64,000 nucleotides of DNA from Candidatus Falkowbacteria bacterium (lineage in GTDB: Bacteria; Patescibacteriota; Patescibacteriia; Patescibacteriales; UBA12465). The stretch lies in contig JBAXLJ010000004.1 of NCBI GenBank assembly GCA_037134915.1, positions 40,702 through 104,701 on the forward strand, written 5' to 3'. Shown here one piece after another: positions 7,627 to 15,643 of the stretch (position 1 is the first letter of the stretch; the number at the start of each line of letters is the position of its first letter). Both the position numbers and the translations under genes were made by a program. The notes under the pieces were generated by a model, which worked only from the letters and a program-made list of their open reading frames with translations, was not told the origin of the DNA and searched no databases.

Positions 7627-9309
7627 CTATAATTTTATTTTTTCTAAAATATCGAGGCTCTGTTTTTGTTTATCCAGAGCTTCTTGGGCGACATTCTCGG
7701 CGATGTCAGTAAATTTAGCTAAGGGTTTTTTGTCTTCTAAACAATTAATTTTGTTTAAGGCTTGTCGTGACTTTTTAGTATATAGTAGAGCGGTTTGACT
7801 AGCCTGTTTGATGGTTTGAAACCAAAATATTTTTTGTAGTTTTTCTAGGTCGGATATTAAATTTATTTGAGTGCTTTGGGGGTAGGCTTTTTGCCAATCA
7901 CTGATTAACATCACAACTACCGTGCTTAAGTGGCCGCGCTTTAAATCTTCTAACCAGTCGTGAGCATCATCATTTATTTGCATGGCGATTAAGTAATATT
8001 TAAAATAATAGGTTAAATAATTTAGGTCAGCGGAGCCTAATTTTAATCCCAGTTTGAGAAGCATAACCAAAGGGCCTAAAATTTGTCCCGAGGCTGGTCG
8101 AAATTTATTCTCATAATTTTGGTAATCAAGTAATTTCTCAGGGAGGACAAATTTTGAGTTAATAACTTTGGCGCGGCAATGTTTAGTCTCCCAAGTGTTG
8201 GCGGCGTCTAGCTGGTCCATTAATTTATGAAAAAAGATTTTAAATTCTGGATTATCGGGCAAGACCTGACTATAGAAGTCGACATAATGACGGGCGTATA
8301 AGTTAGCGCTCGGCAAAATACTTGGAATAGCACTCTCGTCTTCATCCCAAAAGTCATCATAGATAATAAAGGCGGTCCAGAAGAAGATGTTGGCTAATCC
8401 AATTTTGACCAGTAAATCATCTTCAATTATCAGGCCTTTATTTCCCAGGGCTAGTTTTAGATAGTAAGCAATTAAAGACATTTGCCTGTCTTTATTAGTT
8501 TTGAGGGTTCTTTTTATTTCTGATAGAGCAATTTTCTTTAAATCAGACCCTAAATAAGCGAATCTTGTCTTCGCCTCGTTTAATATCTTTTTGATCAGCC
8601 TAAGCTCTTGGTAATCATTGGCTTTTGACGGGGTAATTATTTTATTTCTTAAATTTAAAAATAGAGAAGCTTCAAGCGCTGAGCTGATTTTAATTTTTTC
8701 TGGGCCTTTTAATTTTACCCCTAAAGATTTAAGGGCGCTTAGCAGGATAATTCGATGAGGGGTGTCTAATTTTCTTAAACTATTGGTGATGCAGCTAAGC
8801 AATTCTTCTTTTTTAGGTCCTCTGTAAAATTTGGCTATTAAATACATTGCTAAATAACGGTTGATTATTTTTGAAGAAAAATTATTTTTAGTGATAGCCT
8901 GCTCAATTAAAGCCTGGAGTTTTGGCAGCGTAACTTTATTTAAAGCTAGAAAATAAGCAATAAAAATATTTATTCCTAAGTCAGGGCCATAGGGGCCGCC
9001 TTCCTGATTTTCATGGGACACTAAATTACTTAAAGCTTCGCTTAGCAGTTTGCTGCCGACTAAATTGGGCTGACTTCTTTTTAGAGCAGCCAGAATAATA
9101 AAGTTTGCCAGTGAGTTTTTTGGGGATATATTTTTAAGTAACCAAGCGCTCAATTTATTTTTAATATCAACCACTTTTTTATTATCGTTTACACTTTCCA
9201 GTTCAATTAGAATTAAACTAGAAAATAGTAGACTAGGATATTCTTGATTGCTTGAAAAAGAGCCATCGGAATTTTGGCTCCTAATAAGCAGGTCTATTAA
9301 ATTTTTCAT
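7627..9309 (-). CDS. Hypothetical two-part protein: prenyltransferase/terpene-cyclase-repeat-like N-terminus plus polyprenyl/terpene-synthase-like C-terminus
   Basis: 560 aa. SQNSDGSFSS and ENQEGGPYG repeats. D318-D-F-W-D322-EDE (nt 8335-8358) and N446-D-D-A-H-D-W-L-E-D455 (nt 7945-7974) lie 129 residues apart. Confidence is for the CDS; confidence in the function is about 0.3. Confidence 0.7.
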   Translation of the reverse strand: MKNLIDLLIRSQNSDGSFSSNQEYPSLLFSSLILIELESVNDNKKVVDIKNKLSAWLLKNISPKNSLANFIILAALKRSQPNLVGSKLLSEALSNLVSHENQEGGPYGPDLGINIFIAYFLALNKVTLPKLQALIEQAITKNNFSSKIINRYLAMYLIAKFYRGPKKEELLSCITNSLRKLDTPHRIILLSALKSLGVKLKGPEKIKISSALEASLFLNLRNKIITPSKANDYQELRLIKKILNEAKTRFAYLGSDLKKIALSEIKRTLKTNKDRQMSLIAYYLKLALGNKGLIIEDDLLVKIGLANIFFWTAFIIYDDFWDEDESAIPSILPSANLYARHYVDFYSQVLPDNPEFKIFFHKLMDQLDAANTWETKHCRAKVINSKFVLPEKLLDYQNYENKFRPASGQILGPLVMLLKLGLKLGSADLNYLTYYFKYYLIAMQINDDAHDWLEDLKRGHLSTVVVMLISDWQKAYPQSTQINLISDLEKLQKIFWFQTIKQASQTALLYTKKSRQALNKINCLEDKKPLAKFTDIAENVAQEALDKQKQSLDILEKIKL

Positions 9310-9312
9310 ATT

Positions 9313-10713
9313 TTAGCTTTGAGGAAGTGTGACAAAAAAAGTCGTCCCTTTATTTATAGAGCTGTTAACTTTTATGTCACCTAAGAAATCTTCCTCAATA
9401 ATTTTTTTAATAAGAGATAGGCCTAGGCCTAAATTATCAACTTTAGTTTTAGTGGTAAAGAATGGCTCAAATATTTTATTAAGAGTGTCGTCTTCCATTC
9501 CTCGACCGGAATCACTAACGCAAAATATTAGATTATTTGCTTGTTTATTTAAAGTTATCTGAACTATTTTTTCTTCGTAATCTGTTTCGTCGTAAGCATC
9601 AATTGCGTTAGAAATCAGATTGGTGGCTATTTGGTTAAATTTTATAGAATCGCCGAGGGTGGTGATTTTTTCGTCTGCTGAAAAAAATAGATAGACTTGG
9701 CTTTTGCAAGCTTTATAATTTAACACAGAAATAGCATCTTCAATTTCTTGGTTTAAGCAGAACCTTTCTTTTTTTCCAGGAAATTTAATTTGTTTGCGGA
9801 CTGCCCGGATAAAATCTTTCATTTTTTCCGAGGCTTTGGCGGCCTGTTCCAAATCAGATTTTATCAGATTAAAATCAGCCATGTTTTTGCCGTCAATCTT
9901 TATTTTATTAACATTAAGCATGACAGTCGTCAGTGGGTTAGCTAAATCATGAAAAAAGCCGCTGGACAAACGGCCAAATTCAGCGAAACGATAGATTTGA
10001 GCCATTTCTTCAGCTTGGCTGATTTTTAGTTCCTTAGTTTTTTCTTCAACTCTAATTTCTAATAGATCTCTTTCTAATTTAAGCTCGGTTTCTGACTCCT
10101 GGATTTTTTTGAAGGACTTTTTCAGTTCATGATTGAATAAATAAGATACGATGGCGATTATAAACAATATAATAGATGACATAACGGCATCCGAGTGTCC
10201 CCAAGGCTCATTTATCCAAGACCGATTAGCTAGAATAACATTAATTTTTTGTAAGTAACCCAGAATTATAAAAATTAAAGAAACAGCAGCCGTTGCCATA
10301 AAAGCCGGTTTATTGCCCAAAAGTATTCCAGAAATGACAATTACTAAAACATAAAATAAAATTTCCGCCGGTAAATCAACGCCCCATTTATAGCCCATGT
10401 AAGTCGCAATTGTAAAAAGGGTGGCCAGAAAAATATGGGCGGAAATTTTGCTCTGTCCTCGGCGGGATAAAAAATAAAGACTTATAAAAAATAATAGGAT
10501 AATTAAAATAAAAAATAGCGACAAAGAATTTTCTTTGTAATTATTAAGATTAGAAAAGACTAATCGATAAACGACTATTAGTGTCCCTAAAAATATTAGG
10601 AAGATGGTGGTTGTTAGGAGAATATTTAAAATATACTCTTGCCGGGCAATAGTTTCGTCTTCTTGGTGTGATTTTATTATTTTTATCAGGATTCTTTTTA
10701 ATTTATTTTTCAT
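9313..10713 (-). CDS. Sensor histidine kinase with polytopic N-terminal membrane domain
   Basis: About six hydrophobic segments by eye, coiled-coil linker, H-box FFHDLANPLT, N-box ISNAIDA, G-boxes SDSGRGM and LGLGLSL. Confidence 0.85.
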   Translation of the reverse strand: MKNKLKRILIKIIKSHQEDETIARQEYILNILLTTTIFLIFLGTLIVVYRLVFSNLNNYKENSLSLFFILIILLFFISLYFLSRRGQSKISAHIFLATLFTIATYMGYKWGVDLPAEILFYVLVIVISGILLGNKPAFMATAAVSLIFIILGYLQKINVILANRSWINEPWGHSDAVMSSIILFIIAIVSYLFNHELKKSFKKIQESETELKLERDLLEIRVEEKTKELKISQAEEMAQIYRFAEFGRLSSGFFHDLANPLTTVMLNVNKIKIDGKNMADFNLIKSDLEQAAKASEKMKDFIRAVRKQIKFPGKKERFCLNQEIEDAISVLNYKACKSQVYLFFSADEKITTLGDSIKFNQIATNLISNAIDAYDETDYEEKIVQITLNKQANNLIFCVSDSGRGMEDDTLNKIFEPFFTTKTKVDNLGLGLSLIKKIIEEDFLGDIKVNSSINKGTTFFVTLPQS

Positions 10714-10721
10714 AAAGCTTT

Positions 10722-10758
10722 TAAAAAAAGCCAGCCCCCTTTAAAAAAGGGGGCTGGC
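10722..10758 (-). terminator. Strong intrinsic terminator 8 nt upstream of the kinase start codon
   Basis: GCCAGCCCCCTTT / AAAGGGGGCTGGC 13-bp stem followed by U7 on the minus strand (10723-10729). Confidence 0.6.
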
Positions 10759-10764
10759 ATTTGC

Positions 10765-10872
10765 TTATCCCCAAGGCTGCCCAACATTAAAAACCGCAGC
10801 CGTAAAGACAGCTAAAGCGCTGCTGTTTCTGACGGCTCGATTAGTTAAGATTTCTTTGATTAAAATCTCCAT
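10765..10872 (-). CDS. Candidate 35-aa micro-ORF between regulator and terminator
   Basis: Hand translation: MEILIKEILTNRAVRNSSALAVFTAAVFNVGQPWG. Its stop lies 6 nt before the terminator stem. No Shine-Dalgarno sequence. Confidence 0.25.
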   Translation of the reverse strand: MEILIKEILTNRAVRNSSALAVFTAAVFNVGQPWG

Positions 10873-10949
10873 GATTTTTTAAACCCGGTTTTTTGAAAAA
10901 ATCTGTGGATTTATTAATTTTTTTTATTATATTAATTTAGACCTTTTAA

Positions 10950-11615
10950 TTAGTTAAATTTATAACCTCGACCCGAAATAGTTTTAATCAGCGGTTGTTT
11001 GCGTCCGGAGTCAATCTTCTTTCTCAAATTTAAGATATGAGTTTCAATGGCTTTAGAAAGAAGATTGGCTTCCATGTCCCAAGCATGCTCGGTTATTTCT
11101 CCTCGCGAAATTACGGCGCCCGCGTGGTTCATAAAATATTCTAAGATTAAGAATTCCTTTCTGGTTAAATATATCTCTTTACCATTTCTAGTAACTGTTT
11201 GTTTATGACAATCAATCTGGATATCTTTGGCGTTTAGAAAGTTACTATTTATTTTTTTGGGACGCCTCAGTAAAGCTTTAATTCGGGCGATTAACTCTTC
11301 TAGTGAAAATGGTTTAGCTAAATAATCATCAGCTCCTAAATTAAGTAAATCTATTTTGCTTTCTAGTTTACTGTTAGCGCTTAAAATTAGAATGGGTGTC
11401 ATTTGTCCTTTTGTTCTTAGATTCTCGCAGATTTTTTGACCGTTTAAATCCGGTAAGTTTAAATCTAAAATGATTAAATCATAAATATTTTCTTCGGCTA
11501 GTGTCAGTCCGATTTGTCCGGTTTGAGCGCCGTCGGCTACAAAGCCCAGGCTGGCTAGGTTAGTTTTTAAGAAAGATAGTATCTCTTTCTCGTCTTCGAT
11601 GATGAGCAGTTTCAT
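10950..11615 (-). CDS. OmpR/PhoB-family response regulator
   Basis: Receiver domain (LIILDLNLPDLNG, KPF) plus winged-helix output ending RGYKF. Confidence 0.9.
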   Translation of the reverse strand: MKLLIIEDEKEILSFLKTNLASLGFVADGAQTGQIGLTLAEENIYDLIILDLNLPDLNGQKICENLRTKGQMTPILILSANSKLESKIDLLNLGADDYLAKPFSLEELIARIKALLRRPKKINSNFLNAKDIQIDCHKQTVTRNGKEIYLTRKEFLILEYFMNHAGAVISRGEITEHAWDMEANLLSKAIETHILNLRKKIDSGRKQPLIKTISGRGYKFN

Positions 11616-11728
11616 ATTTTTATTTAATTAAATAAAATATAACATATTTTATTAGGGGTTTAAAGTCGTAAGTGTCATTATTATTGGGGTTTTGCTATAA
11701 TGATTCTGGATTAAACCACTTAAATTTT

Positions 11729-12808
11729 ATGTCTCTATTTATTCTAATTTTTATAATTCTTTTAGTTATTGCTGTTTATTTAAATCTTAAATTTTTATCA
11801 GCGGTCACACGGGCAAGTCGGAGGGGGCGGATTCTTATTTTAGCTCTTTTAATAATTATCAGTTTCGGTTTTATTGTTAGCCAAGGGCTAGTCCATTTAT
11901 TTGATAATCGCTTTATCCGGTTTTTTTATTGGTTTTTTTCTCTTGGTGTCGGCTGGCTTTTTTATCTCACGTTAATTGCGATCTTATTTAAATTACTCAA
12001 GTCTTTTTTATCGGAGCCGAGGCGGTTGTGGCTAGCTAAGATCGGTTTTATTTTAGCTACCGCTTTATTTTTAATCGGCGTGGTTAATGCTAATTTTTCT
12101 CAAGTTAAAAATGTCTCTGTTACTCTGGCTGGTTTGCCCAGTGCCTGGCAAGGCAAGAAAATCGTCCAACTTTCTGATATTCATTTGGGTAGTATCTATG
12201 GTCCGGGATTCTTAAGGATGCAGGTGGCAAAAGTTAATAATTTAAATCCAGATTTAATTGTGATTACCGGTGATTTATTTGACGGCCCCACAAATCGGTT
12301 GCCAGAGTTTGGCCAGGAATTAGCTAAGCTGCACGCTAAAAAGGGAATTATCTTCGTGTCCGGCAATCATGATATTTATTTAGGTCAAGATATTGTGGAT
12401 TCTTTTCTAAAAAATTTAGGTATCCAAGTTCTAAGAGACGAAATGATTAGTCTTGATGGTTTGGAGATAATTGGTTTTGATTTTAACAAATTTATGGGGG
12501 ATGATGAGCTGAGGCCGATAAAAGACCTAACCCCAAATTCTAGCACTACCCGTTTGTTTTTAAATCACACCCCTAATGATGTGACGCTTGCTAAAAATTT
12601 AAAAGTCAATTTACAATTATCGGGACATACTCACCGCGGGCAAATGTTTCCCATGTCTTTTGTTACCTGTTTAATCTACGGAAAATATCAATATGGCTTG
12701 CATACAGAAGGCACTTATAATATTTATACTAGCTCCGGTCTGGGCTCCTGGGGGCCGCCAGTCCGCACCTTTAATCCAGCCGAAATCGTTTCCATAACTA
12801 TTAATTAA
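11729..12808 (+). CDS. Membrane-anchored metallophosphoesterase
   Basis: N-terminal TM segments, then SDIHLG, GDLFDG, GNHD and GHTHRG motifs. ATG 11729 preferred over the GTG at 11672. Confidence 0.8.
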   Translation: MSLFILIFIILLVIAVYLNLKFLSAVTRASRRGRILILALLIIISFGFIVSQGLVHLFDNRFIRFFYWFFSLGVGWLFYLTLIAILFKLLKSFLSEPRRLWLAKIGFILATALFLIGVVNANFSQVKNVSVTLAGLPSAWQGKKIVQLSDIHLGSIYGPGFLRMQVAKVNNLNPDLIVITGDLFDGPTNRLPEFGQELAKLHAKKGIIFVSGNHDIYLGQDIVDSFLKNLGIQVLRDEMISLDGLEIIGFDFNKFMGDDELRPIKDLTPNSSTTRLFLNHTPNDVTLAKNLKVNLQLSGHTHRGQMFPMSFVTCLIYGKYQYGLHTEGTYNIYTSSGLGSWGPPVRTFNPAEIVSITIN

Positions 12809-12812
12809 ATAT

Positions 12813-13754
12813 ATGATTCTTGAAAAAAAGAAGAAGTTAATTTGGACGCTAATCTTTTGCTTAGGTGTTTTCTTAATTATTTTCGGTTTGACTTATTTAA
12901 ATAAACGGCGATCCGAGAGTTTGATTGACCGCTCGCCTTTTAGGGATAGTCAGGGGCGCCTGGTAGTTACCACTTCTTTATTTCCAATTTATGATTTTGC
13001 CAAGATAGTCGGCGGCGATAAAACGGTTGTTTCCTTAATTTTGCCACCAGGTTCAGAGGCTCACGCTTTCTTGCCTCAGGCAAAAGATTTGGAACTTATT
13101 AAAAATTCAGCGTTATTTTTTTACACTTCCGATTTAATGGAAAAATGGGCCAACGCCTTAAGCTATAATCTTTCGGCTAGAAATAAAATTGTGCCGGTGG
13201 CGTCTGGTTTAAATGACGCCAGCTTGGATCCTCATGTCTGGTTAGATTTCAGTAAAGCCAGTTTGATGGTGGATGTAATTGCCAAAAATTATGAGGCGCT
13301 TGACCCTCAAAACGCCGCCTATTATCAGGCCAACGCCGAGGCTTATAAAGAAAAATTAAGCAATCTGGATAACCTTTTTAAAACCTCTTTAGCTAACTGC
13401 CAGTTTAAAGAAATTATTTCTGGCGGGCATTATACTTTTGGTTATTTAGCGAAACACTATAATTTGAAATATCAAGCTGTTCAAGGATTTGTGCCGGATA
13501 AAAACGTTGACGCTGAAAAAATATTAATGCTCAGCCAAGAACTTAAAACTAGCGGGGCGCCCAGTGTCTATTACGAAGAAATGATTATTCCGCAACTTGC
13601 GGAACTGCTGCGTCAAGAAAGTGGGGTTTCGCTCATGCCTCTTAATGCCGCTCATAATGTGGGACGCTATGACATTGAAAGTGGAGTGACCTTTATCAGA
13701 CTCATGGAAAATGATTTGAGTATTTTAAAAATTGGTTTAAAATGCCAACCTTAA
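12813..13754 (+). CDS. Metal (Zn/Mn) ABC-transporter substrate-binding protein, ZnuA/TroA family
   Basis: N-terminal anchor. PIYDF, GSEAHAF and DPHVWLD motifs typical of cluster A-I binding proteins. Confidence 0.8.
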   Translation: MILEKKKKLIWTLIFCLGVFLIIFGLTYLNKRRSESLIDRSPFRDSQGRLVVTTSLFPIYDFAKIVGGDKTVVSLILPPGSEAHAFLPQAKDLELIKNSALFFYTSDLMEKWANALSYNLSARNKIVPVASGLNDASLDPHVWLDFSKASLMVDVIAKNYEALDPQNAAYYQANAEAYKEKLSNLDNLFKTSLANCQFKEIISGGHYTFGYLAKHYNLKYQAVQGFVPDKNVDAEKILMLSQELKTSGAPSVYYEEMIIPQLAELLRQESGVSLMPLNAAHNVGRYDIESGVTFIRLMENDLSILKIGLKCQP

Positions 13755-13757
13755 AGT

Positions 13758-14816
13758 ATGATAACTTGGCGCTTCAAAAACTCTAAATTGTGGTTCTGGA
13801 TAATTAGCCCGTTAGTCATTTTGATTTTTATTTGTTTGCCGTTTTTTTTAACGGAGGGCGGAGTTTATATTCCAGCGGCTATATTTTCTAAAATAAGTAA
13901 CAAGAATAATCATTTACCTAGCGTTTCTCCAACTGGTTCAACTAGTAATCTTCCAGAAAATATTTTAATTTTTGGTGGCGATATTATGCTGTCACGTAAT
14001 GTTGAGGCTAAAATGGAAAAGTATAATGATTATTCTTGGCCATTTATCAAAATCAGCTCTTTGTTTAGCGGCGCTGATTTAGCCATTGCTAATCTGGAGT
14101 CGCCATTTTTGGTGACTAATAATTACCAAGTGCCAGTCGGTTCTTTTTCTTTTAAAGCTAATCCTAAAAGTATGGCCGGTCTATCTTTGTCCGGCTTTGA
14201 CGTCTTGTCTCTGGCTAATAACCATATGTTAAATCAAGGGGCTAAGGGGCTTAGCGATACTGAGAAAATTTTAGACCAGGCCGGCGTGTCATACACAGGC
14301 CTAGCTTCTAAAAATTTAGTTGTTAAAGAAAGTCATGGGATAAAATTCGCTTTTCTGTCTTATACTTATGCGGCTGATTCTAAGTCACTAGCTAATATGT
14401 TGGATTTTTCTCATGCTCAGTCAGATATTAAAACGGCTAAAGAAAAAGCAGACGTGGTGATAGTTTTGATGCATGCTGGCACTGAATATACCCGGACGCC
14501 TAACAATCAACAAATAAAATTTGCTCATGCGGTTATTGATGCTGGGGCTGATTTAGTTATTGGTAGTCATCCTCATTGGATTCAGTCAGCGGAAAAATAT
14601 CAAGGAAAAATGATTTTTTATTCTCTGGGAAATTTGATTTTTGATCAGATGTGGTCTCTGGGGACTAAAACTGGATTAGCGCTTAAACTTCATTTTACAG
14701 GTAAGGATTTAAGTCAGATTGAGTATTTGCCACTTAGCATTAAAGATTATGGTCAGGCAGATTTAATGCCCGATAGTCAAAATAGAGCGGCGATTCTTAA
14801 ATTTTTAGAGAACTAA
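13758..14816 (+). CDS. CapA-family (PGA_cap) metallophosphatase-like protein
   Basis: FGGDIML, ANLESP, LANNH, HAGTEY and GSHPH motifs. Confidence 0.8.
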   Translation: MITWRFKNSKLWFWIISPLVILIFICLPFFLTEGGVYIPAAIFSKISNKNNHLPSVSPTGSTSNLPENILIFGGDIMLSRNVEAKMEKYNDYSWPFIKISSLFSGADLAIANLESPFLVTNNYQVPVGSFSFKANPKSMAGLSLSGFDVLSLANNHMLNQGAKGLSDTEKILDQAGVSYTGLASKNLVVKESHGIKFAFLSYTYAADSKSLANMLDFSHAQSDIKTAKEKADVVIVLMHAGTEYTRTPNNQQIKFAHAVIDAGADLVIGSHPHWIQSAEKYQGKMIFYSLGNLIFDQMWSLGTKTGLALKLHFTGKDLSQIEYLPLSIKDYGQADLMPDSQNRAAILKFLEN

Positions 14817-15484
14817 CTGTTTAAATTAATTCGATAACCTCGTCCGGTAACCGTTTGAATCAGAAACGGTTTTTTGAAATCAACTTTACGCCTTAAATGC
14901 CGAATGTGTGTCTCAATAATGTTTGATAGGTGACAACTGGCATCGTCCCAGACTTTTTCCGTAATTAAATCTTTGGAATAAGTTGTTCCGGGGTGCTCCA
15001 TCAGCATTTTTAAGAGCCCAAATTCCTTGGTAGTTAAGTAAATCTGCCGGCGACATCTGGTGGCCTCCTGACTGCTTAAGTCTAAAGTTAAATCGGCAAT
15101 TGATAATTGTTGGGGTTTTATTTCAGAGCAGCGCCTTAGTAAAGCCTTGATTCTAGCCATCAACTCGCTAAAAGAAAAAGGTTTAACAAGGTAGTCGTCC
15201 GCCCCAGTTTCTAAAAGAGTTGTTTTATCTTGGCTGGTATTTAAAACTGAGAGCATTAAAATGGGCGTATTTATCTTATTTTTTCTAAGGCATGTAACTA
15301 TTTCTTGACCGTTAATTTTGGGCAGAATATAGTCGCTGATAATTAGATCGTAGTGGCTACCTAAGGCGAGATTTAAACCGGACTCGCCATCATTTGCCAT
15401 ATCGACATTATAATTAAGTGTCTTTAAAAAATTAGCCACCTTTTGAGCAATCTTTAAATTATCTTCAATAATTAGCAGTCTCAT
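14813..15484 (-). CDS. OmpR-family response regulator with no adjacent kinase
   Basis: Receiver (LIISDYILPKING, KPF) plus winged helix ending RGYRI. Its stop codon overlaps the capA-like stop by 4 nt. Confidence 0.9.
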   Translation of the reverse strand: MRLLIIEDNLKIAQKVANFLKTLNYNVDMANDGESGLNLALGSHYDLIISDYILPKINGQEIVTCLRKNKINTPILMLSVLNTSQDKTTLLETGADDYLVKPFSFSELMARIKALLRRCSEIKPQQLSIADLTLDLSSQEATRCRRQIYLTTKEFGLLKMLMEHPGTTYSKDLITEKVWDDASCHLSNIIETHIRHLRRKVDFKKPFLIQTVTGRGYRINLNS

Positions 15485-15606
15485 ATTTTCTGTTTGGAGC
15501 GATTAAAATTTATAACTAATTATAGAATATAGTTGATTAAGATATTATAAAGAAAATATCAAGTTTTTCTCTGGATATTTTTCGTCTGGCCACCTTTAAT
15601 TTGGGG

Positions 15607-15635
15607 TTGATTTTAAGCTTTTTAAGGGGTATTAT
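15607..15635 (+). promoter_or_regulatory. Sigma70-like promoter for the PBP gene
   Basis: TTGATT-N17-TATTAT. The -10 element ends 8 nt before the ATG, implying a very short or absent leader. Confidence 0.4.
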
Positions 15636-15643
15636 GTTTAATT

